Shown in pieces: positions 25,145-37,308 of a stretch of 64,000 nt of DNA (position 1 is its first letter; each line of letters begins with the position of its first letter). The notes under the pieces are model-generated. The model saw only the letters and a list, made by a program, of their open reading frames with translations, was not told where the DNA came from and did no database searches. Made by a program: the position numbers and the translations under genes. Source of the stretch: Pocillopora damicornis (lineage: Eukaryota); contig NW_020843829.1 of NCBI RefSeq assembly GCF_003704095.1, positions 1,488,001-1,552,000 on the forward strand, read 5' to 3'.

Positions 25145-27080
25145 TAGAAAAGCTCTTACTTTGCGATGAAATTAGTTGTCGCACTTGTGATAACAGACCA
25201 TCGTACTTTGAAATGAAATAAGCAGTAGCGTTTGTAATAGTGCTTGTCCCACTTCGTAATACTGAAACTTGATATAAATGGATGGAGGGCAAATAGCCCT
25301 AACTGTCATTTCTGTCATAAATGATGACAGGTATAATGATATAGATAGTAATAACACTAGTGATGTTGAAAATGACGAGAATGAAAATGAGGATGATGAC
25401 GATATTGATATTAGTAATTACAGTAAGTTATTCTTCCCCAAACGAGGACACCGACTTCAACTGAGATCTTCCTTGGAAAGTTCAGTTATCAACTCCATCT
25501 ATGCAAATGACCTCGAGGCTCCAAAATAGTGTCAATAATAACGAAAATCGGAGTCCGTCGGGCGGGAGTTGACTGCTTACACTAAATCTTGAAATATTAT
25601 CAATAGCACGAGGAACTAAGAGCTTAGGTTTTATGTGATGACTACAGACGTCACGTCCTAAGGACACTTTACTTTTACATAGAACCCGATGATACGAATA
25701 GGAGCTAATTTCCGATACAAACTGCCAACTTTCGCTATCATGAACAGTTGACTAAATGAATTCAAGATTTCAATGAATTCAAGTCTTAACCTGTTTTTAC
25801 AAATCACGGACATTTTATTCAGCTTCTGAAGTCTAGTTGATTCGGCGGAAATCGCTTGAAGGTGTGTAGAACACAGATGGTAGCCATATATGACTTCAGT
25901 ACAAGTTTAGAAAAACACCAAGATTTAAATTCCAACGTTTCTTTTTTTATTTACAAGTACGTAGCGAAAAGTTAAACATACACAGGAAAAGTACTTTGCT
26001 GTTCTTAATTGATTTCTACTTCGCTTGCAATTAATTGTACATTAAAAATCACGTTTATTTTCGTATTGTATAAGTAATTGTTCCACGTTTAACTGTTTCA
26101 CTACAATACACGAACGGCTGCTCGCCGTGCAAATGAACCACGATTACGTAATCGGTAATCGAACATATTGGAGCGTAATCTCAGACGAAAAGCTAGGCTA
26201 CGAAGACAAGGCTGTTGTGCGGGATGATTTCTTTCATCTTGACAAATTAATCTAAAGTGCTAAAAATCAGGGTTTATTTTCATTCAAAGCCCATGCAAAA
26301 GAGAGAAAGAAATGGAAATGTGTATCTAACAACGACAATCCTCCGTCACCTCATATTCTGCTAACTAACCAGTTTTAAAATGGAAATTCCATTTTCCCCT
26401 AATGTGACGGAATTGTTGTTGCAACATAACATCTTCATTTTAACACACTTAGAGCGGCGGAGTAACACTCGATGCCATAAATTAGATAAATTCTATTATA
26501 ATTATTTTTATTGGGATCGCAACCTCATCGGTTAAACTTTCCTGGGAATCACCTTCATGCTCTAGAGAAAGAATGTTTTTTTTATGATCGTAGGGTATAT
26601 TCACAACGAGAACTCAAATATAGAAGGCATCTCGCGCATAAAAAAGCTAACCAGTCCTAAAAACTGCCGCGTAAATAAAATTCTTAAATAGCAAGAATAA
26701 CAGCATGTATTTCAAATCTAAAAAATTCCTCTTTATAGGCACCACGTTCTGATTTTCTAAGGAAATCCCCCCTAATTTATAATACAAACCTCTCGGCGTT
26801 TTGCGACTTTGAGATATCAGCGAAATAATTTTGATGTACAATCAAACCTCCTCTGAGGGACGCCCTTAAGTGGACATTAAGGTGTGATTATACTTTTATT
26901 GCGAAAAACCTTCCATTTTTACCCGCCCGACACTTTCTCAGTTCAGTGTACATGCGTGCTTGCGAGTGATTCAATAGTTGCGTGCACATCGACCTGCGAT
27001 TAACTGTTTAGAGCCTTGAAAGGTGCACTGGTAATTAAAGTTGTACTACTCTTTAAGTTCTTAGTACACAATTTTTTATC

Positions 27081-30000
27081 TTACGGCTCACTCAACCCGT
27101 CGCAATCTACTGAAATCTTGATGTATATAGTATCCTCCTTGATGTAGTTACGGGTTTCAATCTCATCGTGTTTAGCGAACTTTGCTCCTCCAAAGCTAGC
27201 ATTCTTTTCAAGCTTGGGTCGACCAAGGAACGGTTCATTCTCTGGACACGGGTTTGGTTTGATGCTGAATTTGATGTGTTTTCGCTGTGCGTGATCTTCG
27301 TTCTGATCAAGAAGGTAAAATGATACCCTGTAGTCGAAAGGCCACTTCAACAAACTGTCAAAAGCGCCTGCAACAGAAATCGATGAAACACCAAAGGGTT
27401 AGGGGTATTTTCAGAGTGAAGACAAATAGATCTCGAGCCTGAATTCTCTAATTCTTGACTCTTGACTAATTCTTGACTATTGTTCCAATACAATGAAACC
27501 ATCCGAAAAGTGGCATTTCTCAAAAAAAGGATTAGTATTATCAGGTGGCAAATTCATTACGTAAAACTTCCTTCATATCAGTTGATAAAGAGAACAGTTC
27601 TATCATTTTCTTCATCTGAGCTTTTTATGGTTCCTTACCTCTCAACACGCTGATGAATACAGACATGTGCGTTCCCTTTCCCTTTCCATCGCCGTTCAAG
27701 CAAACTGATGCACATAAGCGGTATCCATGCTTGCTGGTCGTAAAAGTAGGACTAAACAGTGTGTCTCCATTTCCGGCCTTGGCTTCCTTTAGCTTCCGCG
27801 TGTAGTCCTCGATTCGCCAAATGAGTTGGCTGTTTGCAATTTTCTCCAGATCTCCTACACGCTTGTCCTGTGCTTTAATGAGGTCAGCCTGCTCCTTAAG
27901 GGTATTTTCGTGTTTTCCCAGTGTTTCATCTAGCTCTTGGATCTTCGTAAAGACTGCTTTAACATGCTCGATCATGTTGCTTTTGTAGTGCTTAGGCATT
28001 TTCTCTCTGCTGCACTGTAACAGAAAAGATCAAGTCATCTTACATTACCTCCTCATAGTATGTGGAGGAATTACAATCTCTAATTTTTTTTGAAAACCTT
28101 CAGAGTTACCACTGATTAGTACATTCGAGAAAGTAACGCATGATAACTAAATTATACTCTCCGAAAGTAAAGGAACTCAGAATGTGTTTTGTTACGGGCA
28201 CTGGAACACGTGGCAAGCAGCGAGGGTTCCACCATGAGTCCCTAATTTTCTGAGTCCATTTACATCGTTTGCAGGCCTCCCTTGACACAAACATATTAGA
28301 AAACTGATCAATATGGACCTGATTATGAGGCAGGATGCAATTGCTGAAAGACATACCCTGTGTGTGCAGCCGATGTACTCAAATTCACACATCATCTTCG
28401 TCTTCGGACAAACTTCTTCGATGTGCTGATCCAGCTGTTTGTGAAAGAATTCAGGTTCAACGATATGTTTACAGTTTGAACTAAAATTGAAATTAATCGT
28501 TCTAACTTAAACCATGATTCATCTAGTATAACAAAGTATTATTTAACAATTGAGAAAACCTTTAATCTTATCAGACCAAGGAAAAGAAGACGGCTTAACG
28601 TCTCTATTCGAAGATAACTCATATATCTGAACTCGAAGCACTAGAACCCATGACCAGAAACACATCTCCTAAATACAACTCAACTTTAACTCAGTGAAAC
28701 CCACTAAGATAATATCTTTTGGGTTCCCAAAAAATTCCCGATTCTTAATGGGAGTGATGAGTATCAACAACCAGAACTTATGAGGATGCTTTTGCTTGGC
28801 GGCATCTATCATGAAAAACCTAATACTGTAAACGCCTCCAAACTCGTACCTCATCTCGAGGAATCTCCAGCTTTTTGTCACATTTGTTTGGACATGGAAG
28901 AGGTAGTTTGGGACATTCGTCTGCCAGATGTGCCTAAACAAACGCCAAACAAATAAAGTAGGAGAAGTATGTAATATTTGACTGATCCATTGAGAGAGTG
29001 GCCAATTAAAAGTATGTTGTTGTCATCGATGTCATCATTATTGTCGTCATCATTGCTGTAATCCATTCGGGCTTTTGTCTTTAGGAATATTTGTATAGTT
29101 ACTGAGGTGGGGTATGGGTATTTTAGGAATTATGCCACTGATAAGATTAATTTCGCGTCCACTTTTTCGGTATACTTAAAACTGTGTACTATAAGTGAAG
29201 AAATAGGCCAGGTGTGATTCTCGTCAGGCCATAAATTTGCGAATACAAATAACAAATGTTGATGAAGTCACTATGCTGTTGAATTTGCCAGCCTGAGACA
29301 TGACAGGGAGATGCTCCTGATTTTTACCTTTTTGTCCTCTCTGAGATGTCTATCATCGCAATATGGGCAAGCAATGATCTTCTTTGGGCAATCTTTGTCC
29401 AGATGTTTTTGCAAAAATCTCTTCTGGAACTTTGCACCACAGTCGTTCATGCAGAGAATTTCCGCGTATTCACAATTCGAGTTTACGTGATCCTGTGAAC
29501 ACAAACAGCAACATCATTTTAAAACTATTAGTATAAGTTGGTGTTGCAGAGAGGAGGGGAAGATGATTGTAGTTTGGTCACAGACCTTCTATATCAATCT
29601 GTATCGTCGTTCACAAAATAAGAACAGCGTGGGATTCAACGAACGCACACGCGGAGGCGAACTCAAAGGGGTTAGGGAGTGAGTGACCCCGTACTCTCGC
29701 GCTCGCCTCGTGTGCATGGTCCCTCGCTTGACTTATGAAAGAAATGAATCAATGACAGTGATAAACAAAGCCAAATCTGTCCAAAATAAGCTAGATGTGC
29801 GAGCTGCTGAGGGTGTGAAAAGTGTTCCTGATTTCCATAGGGAACCACCCATGAAACGACATCTCGCTTGAATTTACATCATTTAACACAGTGATGGAAG
29901 AAAGTAAACACAGAACACTTAGGATAAAATTCATTCTGCGAAAACCCACTTTCTTGTGCGATATGTTCTCCGGAACTTTGAAATTACTTTTGTGCTAAAA

Positions 30001-33000
30001 ATACACCAAAAACGGTGTTTTAATGAAAATCCTTCTATATTTAGCCTAGAAAAGCGGAAAAAACGTTGGTCACCGTCTCTTGGTTTCAAAATATTTTCTT
30101 TTTCCCTCCCGAGTGTTGTTAAGGATTTAAGTTAGTTCAGTTATTGTCGTGTTCATGGGTTAATGGCGGTCCTCAGCATTCTGAGTAAACAACGAGTAAT
30201 TTAGAAATTCGAAACAATAAAATAGGAAAAGCGTAAATAAGGATGAAATTCAATTCTACGCGGGATATTTTGCAGTGCACAGGTGTTTCTATTGTTTGTG
30301 AAGATTCATATCCAAATTTTTATTCAAAATCATCGAGGCCCTCTCAATTTGTGTTACGTCCAGAGGCTTAACTTTGGTGGATAGTTTCTACAGGAAATTA
30401 ATCCATCTGATTTGCTTTCGAAAAAAACTGCTCAGTATCCCTTGAGATATAGCAGAATCTCTGTTTATTCTTAATTGTTTTTTCAAACGAGGGACTGACA
30501 TTTGTTGTCAGATCTTTTACGTTGTTTTTAATCCAAGGAAAGATAAGGAGTTCTATTATCGCGATCTCAGCAACACTTAGACAATATGGTCACTTAGGAA
30601 GTATACTGTTTATATTAAACACATTATGACAACGAATAGCGAGAGTAATTTAAAAATCCGTGGATGTAAAAAACCATAAGAGCGAGAAAAGCCAACAAAT
30701 CACTGTCTAAGATAGCAAGTGATATAAACTTCATCCGACAGCTTCAATATCAGTCGATTCTGAGCAATACAATCCCACAACATGACTGTTAAAGTCTTGT
30801 TCCTCAATAATTATTTGCGATAGAAACTATTTTTAAATATGAAATACATTTTTTAATCAAGAGAAGAAAGGAAGGCAATAATGGCCGGCTACTTACCTGA
30901 TAATTCTGAAATTCTCCTTCCCATTTGCATCCCCATTCATTGTTCTTGCACTTTACGTCAAGTGCTAAGATCTCGTTGTGAAAAGCCTTGTCAAGGTAGG
31001 CCTGTCAAATGAAAGTAAAATAAACATCACTCTGTAGCCTTTGAACAAAACACGAAAGGATTTTAAAGTAAAAAAGGGTTTAGAGTAAAAAAGCGACTTT
31101 AAAAAGCAATAAAAAAAAGTTTGTGTAACCATGAAATTGAATGATGATTATTCAGGGGAGAATTATCTGGCTCTATTTCCCAGAATTCTCTAGCAAACTT
31201 GATGGCTTGCGCCATTTTCTATTCTCACGCGGAGAAAATTCCCCTGTTCCTACTCTTTTACCACTACATCCTCAAACAAAACCCTGTGTATTATCGATCA
31301 CTGCATGTTCAGAGTGCTTTGATATATTTTTTCTATATGTTTCTTATTATTTGAAGCTAAAACTTCAGTACAGTCATTACAACTAGCATTTTGTTTTTTA
31401 GCAAAAAAATAGAAGTAAAGAACATGGCAGACACATTGCTTATTTTTGCGCTGCACAGAGAAACTAGCAAATCTTTGTATGGCGATGACTTTCACTCAGT
31501 TGTAATTAAGGCTGGTGCTCTATTTTATCCATCCTTAAATTGCTCGTAACATGACTCCACAGAGTGATTTTCAACTCAGGTAATTACGCATTGACCTCAG
31601 ATGAGGTCGGAATCACTTTCATTTATGAAAGTAAGGATCAACGATACAATCGCATATCAGTTTGATTCACGTGCCAGTTAGACCCAGTCAATTGTTCAAT
31701 CACGTTTTTTTTTTCAAAGTGTTTGTTTGGAGTTGGTGGGGAAAACCTGTGGAGATGTCCAGCTTTGAAGACAGTCAACAACAAGTATATATTTTCCCAA
31801 GAACTCAATACGAATATAAATAAAAAAAACATCTGTTTTTGATCGCATCCTGATTTCCCATTTCATTCAGATTTCAAATCAAATTAGTTGGAGGGAGAAC
31901 CTTGATTTTGAAGTTGTATACAAACAGATTAAAAAGTGAATATGCAAACTGCAACTTGTAGGGAATAAGATATTCCTGCTACTGACTTAATATTTAAAAA
32001 GACATTCAAGTTTAATGTTTCACGTACATCATCTTTGCTGATTGGTGTTTGATCCACCGGGCACCGCGGTTCGACCCTGTAAAAGGGGAAGCGAAAAAAC
32101 ATCATTGAATTCATACAGTAAAATTGGATGGTTAAAAGGGAGAAAGAAAGAAATCGAACGATCCGTTTTAAAGGCGTAAAATGGACCCCCAATTGCATGA
32201 ATTTAAGTTGTGTTTGTTTATCGAGCGCCTGAGAGTTGAACAGATGAAATTCATTACTCAGTTACGTATTACCCTAAACGAAAATTACTTCTAAGTCTTC
32301 GCATTTATTCTATTAAGAATGCTTCTATACCCGAGAAATGAGGGTTATAATTAGAATGTAACGCGAAAGCAATTTAGCATTGGTTTTTCCTTTACGTAAG
32401 TACTTTGAATTACATTAATTCACAATTGAGTTAAAATAACCAACGTGTAAGATTTTCATTTCGCGCGGCTGTATCGTTTCACGACTTTTCACGATAAGAA
32501 ATCGTTTTCTAATAATAAGAGACTAAAATTGCTAATATTAGAATCAATTATTTTGCAAAATTTAACACGCTCTGAAAATTTAACGTAAATAGACCAAACT
32601 GCTTTTTGCAAAATCCTTGCATTTTTAATTTTGTCAAAATGGAAGCGATCGCGGTTACTAAGTGAAAGCTAAAAATGGAAACTTTAATTTTCGCCAAGTA
32701 AATTCAATCAGCAAAGCGGCTTGAAAATCGATGTGAAAACGCGTAGTTAAATTAATTCGTCGCACGCAATGATGAATTTAGAATGCGGTTGAAACTAATA
32801 ACTGCAGAAACTGAAAATGTGCATCTTTATTTCACGAAGATAAAACAATAGCGCGTCAAAATTGTATCTTAACGACCAACCTTTTTAGCTCGTCGAAACA
32901 CTTGCAACAAACGCGATGTCCGCACTCCCTTATAAATTGAACTGGATAACGGAGAACATCCCCGCAAATTGGACACTGATACTTCTCTTCCAAAGGATAC

Positions 33001-35166
33001 ACAAATAGTGACAGATCAAACTTCTCCCGCTCTAACTGGCTTGGAGCAGGGCTTCCACGACTGCTTCCCCGAGACTTCGCACTTCCAGTCGGACTGTGAC
33101 TTCCTCCGGTCATGTTACTTTCCTAACATTCAAAGATCAAGACAATTTCAGCCACGTTTGAGTCATGTTCGTGACGCTGCGGTAAATGAAAACAAATCGT
33201 TAAATTTTAAACGACGGTGAAAACGAGCGTAAACATTTCGTGTGATATACCAGACGCCTTTGTATAAAGATAGATGAAATGTGTTCGTTCAAAATAACTT
33301 CAAGGTTTTGCTAGTCAATTCTATCAGGTATGATAAATTATTGAATAGAATGTTATGCAATGAATGATATCATTGGCTGAAAGTCGACAGTTGCTTTCAG
33401 GCGTCAATCAACAAAGGTGTTTTGCAAGCAACGTCAGACCTCGATCGACTACTTCCATTTTTCGCTCCAATTTAATATCCTCACTGATGCCATACTCAAA
33501 CCTTTGTCACTTGAATTTGAATTGTCAGATCACGATAGTTTCCTAAGCGAGAACATTTTTATGATTTTTTTTTGATAAACTATAGGTTCAATAAGTTTTG
33601 ATTCTTTCAGGAAACTAACATCCACTGGCGGAAAACGGAATGAGCCACAAAGTGGGATATACAATTATTCATCGCGGAGGCAGTTAATAACGAAAACTAT
33701 GATATAACAACAAAAGTAAATTATAGAAAACGAATGAACTCATGCTTCATACGTTTGTTTCTAACTTCACAGTTTGCGGTGATAATAAATTTCCGAAAAA
33801 CCAAAAAAATAAACGAAACAAAAACGGCCAATGATCTTGTGCGTCATTAGAAAATGCATATGAAATGTATTGAAAAATAATTTTTTTTCTGGTGGTCTTT
33901 TGAGGTGATTTGTTTATAAATTAAAATTACGTATATTTTTACGTCTATCGTAAACTTCTTCGTGACTGAGTTGAGTTCATCCGATATACGTCTTTATTGT
34001 TTTCGCCCAACATTCAAAATATTTTTACTAGGTTCGTGTTCAATAAAGACCATTAAGGAAACTTTACAGTGATAGTTTTTTCCTCTCTGAAAACATAAAA
34101 ACTTGAAGATTAAAAAACAGCCGACTTTCAAAAGCTTCGACATTGAAACTTTACAATTTTCGGTACCATTGGTGAACATGAAGTGATTTCGCTCCGAAAC
34201 ATTTTCACAATTCCATCCATCAAATCCCTCTATGTATGCTGACAGTTCAGGTCTACCGTTCAATTTGAAACTTAGTAGTTTGTTTCCATGAATTTTACTG
34301 AACACGCCGCTTTTTGAAACTAATACCTCAGAAAAATGTCAGAATAAAGATTGTGCTCCGCTTCCCGTAAGTTTAGCGGTGAAATTCAGCTAAAAACAGT
34401 GCTTATTATTCACCATTGTTCCACAGTAGTAAAACTATATCCATCAGCCACCTAGCACTTATACTCAGTCAGCAATTCACATAATACTGAGTATCGATAG
34501 CATTAATTAGCCTTTCTTCTGACAGTTTACCAGGAGGAATAAAATTCTAAACGTGAGGACACACAAATTACTGACTCTTACAACTCCTCTTTCCTTAAAA
34601 TGTGTGATCAAACTAGACCACCCCATCTTAAAGGACTTTTAAAAATTCCACAGCTACGCAAGGAAGTGCTGTGTGTGTAAAGGCCATAACACATTGTCAG
34701 CAGAAACTCGGTACTGTTCTTCGAGAAAATTTAACGCAATATCTTCTAAGTTAAGTCGAAATTTTATCGCAAAATGACCTTGCTCGACCCTATTTTAACT
34801 TATTACCCGCTGTCTTTTATTCTTAACAGAGTGCAAAATTTACGTGATGTTTTCCACTCCAATGTAAATTTGCGGGGATGTTTTCTGCGGTCCAAGCTAA
34901 GAGTCATAATCTTAGTGCACTGACAAAGCCAAAAAAATTAGCGTGCCAGCAAGAATTAAGATGGACTCTTAGATCACACTAAATGATCGGTGTAAACCTC
35001 ATCTATGTTGTGCATAATTTCCCGGAGCGGAGTAAGCAATGCTCTTAGTTAAACGACTTCGTCTATCAGATACCTCTTTGTCGGGGTATTTCTCTCCATT
35101 TTGAGAAACGTTTCCGTTTAAGTGTGGTGATTCTTGAACAGTTTGGCTCGATCCGATGTCAGGCAT
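27081..35166 (-). CDS. TRAF family protein (TRAF-B): RING, 5 zinc-finger modules, coiled coil, MATH; 9 exons, ~492 aa
   Basis: Exons 35166-35074 (inferred first exon; alternative start ATG at 33113), 33122-32881, 32076-32028, 31001-30897, 29492-29328, 28933-28850, 28434-28357, 28014-27639, 27367-27081. RING CPIC..CGHRVCCKC..CPVD. MATH motifs IWRIEDY, FSPTF, NGDGKGKGTH, LLKWPF, LLDQ. Confidence 0.9.
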
Positions 35167-37308
35167 CTTGTTAAACAACTTCAAAGATCGTAGCTTTTTA
35201 TCGAAAGCTATCCACACGAAAGAAGCCGCGAACGCAACTTATAAAAACCAACTTTACCGCAATACAGCACCTGCCTTCAGTAAGGTTCCACGACTGACCA
35301 ATCACAGCAGGCGTACCATGTTCTTTTCACCTGCCACTTCAAAACGTTCGCAACTCAACGAATCAGGCCGAAGGTTTAAAGATGATTATGTATTTGTTGT
35401 CATGCTTAACAAAATAAACCGAGAGCGAACTTTCACTCGCAATAATTTTGGTTTTTATAATGAAATACTGAAAGTGATTTTGCAATCTACAGCTACAAAA
35501 CCTTCATACTTAGAAATGATAAGAGGTAATGCTATCAATTTTATCTTATTCAGCGCCGGTTGAATCTCGTTCTCCACGGCATCACCAAGAAAATTAAACA
35601 GAAAACATTATTTTCAAAGATTTCTAAAAAAGTAAAAATAGAACAGCTAATAATAGAGAAACTTATTAAAAAATTTTCAAAATCTTCCCATCTTAAATCA
35701 CTTTTAAAATCAATAAAGGAAATCCTCATGACAACTACAGCGTCATGATATAAATAAACGTGTCACCAGGTTCAAGGTCGAAGGGATGGAACGCTCGCTT
35801 ATTTGCTGCTTTGTTATCTGGAAGGTATTTCTCATACTTACCATTTTGTAATGCAAAATTCGAACACTGTCGTCACGGTAACCAACAGGAGAGTTTTGGT
35901 ATTACGGTTGCATTCCTTGATTTAGTTTATAATTTGTCATTCTTGTCATTGTTCATTTTAAGAATAAAAAAAAAATATGTAATATAACGTGGCAAGCAGG
36001 ATCGGATGAAAGCATTTACATAAAGTGCGAATTGTGCTCTGTTAATTTCATTATTAAACAGAGATGAACTTACACTTTGATAGCTCTGCATGGAGTACCA
36101 CTAATCAGTTGTATGACGTCCCTTGAATGAGAGAGGATTTCTAAGCAGGACTACAGCTTAACAAGTTTCGGTCAAGATAGTTGCTCTCTATAACTATTTG
36201 GATGTTGTAATGTCATTTGAATATCTGATATTTTTTCCCCCATGTGTTTTTAAGAATTGATTGCCGAAGCAGTAATTATAATTTTCAGAGTGGTATACGT
36301 GTTTCACCTGCTTCATTACTCAGAGAAGAAATGAAAGCTCACTGTCTTATCAAGTTCGAGAAATTCTAATTGCCAGGTCATCGTGATAATAAGCAAATGG
36401 AGCTAAACAAAAGCATTATCATCTTTCAGCTATTAACATCGTAACAGTAATGCACGCTTCATGTCGGATGCCTCAGGACAAATACATAGAGTAAATATAG
36501 CATACATGAAGGTTTTTCTTAGATACATAACTCCCGCCGATGGGAAGCGGGGAGAAAAAAGATTTCTTCTCTTAGTTTCCGAAACTTAAGCTCGTGCTGT
36601 GGTAGCTTAGCCATTACTGAAGGTATATAATTATACAATTCATGGACATCTACTTGCTTTTTACTCGCTTTGGAGATCTGATCAATAATTGATGGCTATT
36701 GAGAACAAATGTAGCCTGAGTATATCTAAATATTGACCACCTGAGGTTGAAAGTTTTCTCAGAACATGTATTACAGGAGTATATGTACATACTTATCCCT
36801 TGAATTATTAGTTGTTTTGCAGGTGAGACAGTCATGGGGCTCAAGAAAGCTCTCTTGGAAATTTAGTGTAAACAAAACAAAATCTGCAAAACGTAGAGCA
36901 TGGCTAATGTCAAAAGAAAGATGTTTGCAGGCTTGGGACTAAGCCATATAAGGCATCTGATCTTCCCGTGAGAATTCATTAATACAACTCAAACTTAAAA
37001 AATGTTAAGACTGATGAACATGAGAAATGGATGGAGTAAATAGAGTGGAAGAGGGTTCGAAGTAATATTAAATTTTAGTTCGAGGTGATCGTTTATGGTC
37101 TATCCGAGTAATCATGAGTGAATATATAAAGCAGTTATTCTGACTACTGTGTTTATGCTCATACACTGGCTATAGCGGTAGTAGAAGAGACTGAGGAGCG
37201 GAAAAGCATGCGTGGAAGTCGCCTTGAATTTCTTCAGCTTTCTCACGTCTCGTTCTTAGAGATTCATGGGTGTTTGTCCCGGCAACCCAGCCTTTCCTGA
37301 TCATATCA

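Noticed and set aside
25278-25529. Asp/Asn-rich ORF (similar tracts at ~29020, ~38780, ~41430)
   Set aside because: Degenerate (GAT/AAT)n low-complexity sequence, not a credible protein.
26761-26770. NF-kB consensus GGGGATTTCC on the minus strand, plus near-matches around 21500, 31233 and 56254
   Set aside because: Degenerate 10-mers are expected by chance in 64 kb, and the best match lies downstream of the TRAF-B stop. Not supportable without conservation data.
29645-29716. GC-rich inverted repeat in a TRAF-B intron as a possible structured RNA or miRNA
   Set aside because: Short imperfect arms with a large loop, more like a decayed small palindromic transposon.
35156-35987. Three consecutive plus-strand ORFs (135, 62, 75 aa) resembling an operon
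   Set aside because: Eukaryotic context, no domains, AT-rich composition. They overlap the inferred TRAF-B first exon and promoter on the opposite strand.
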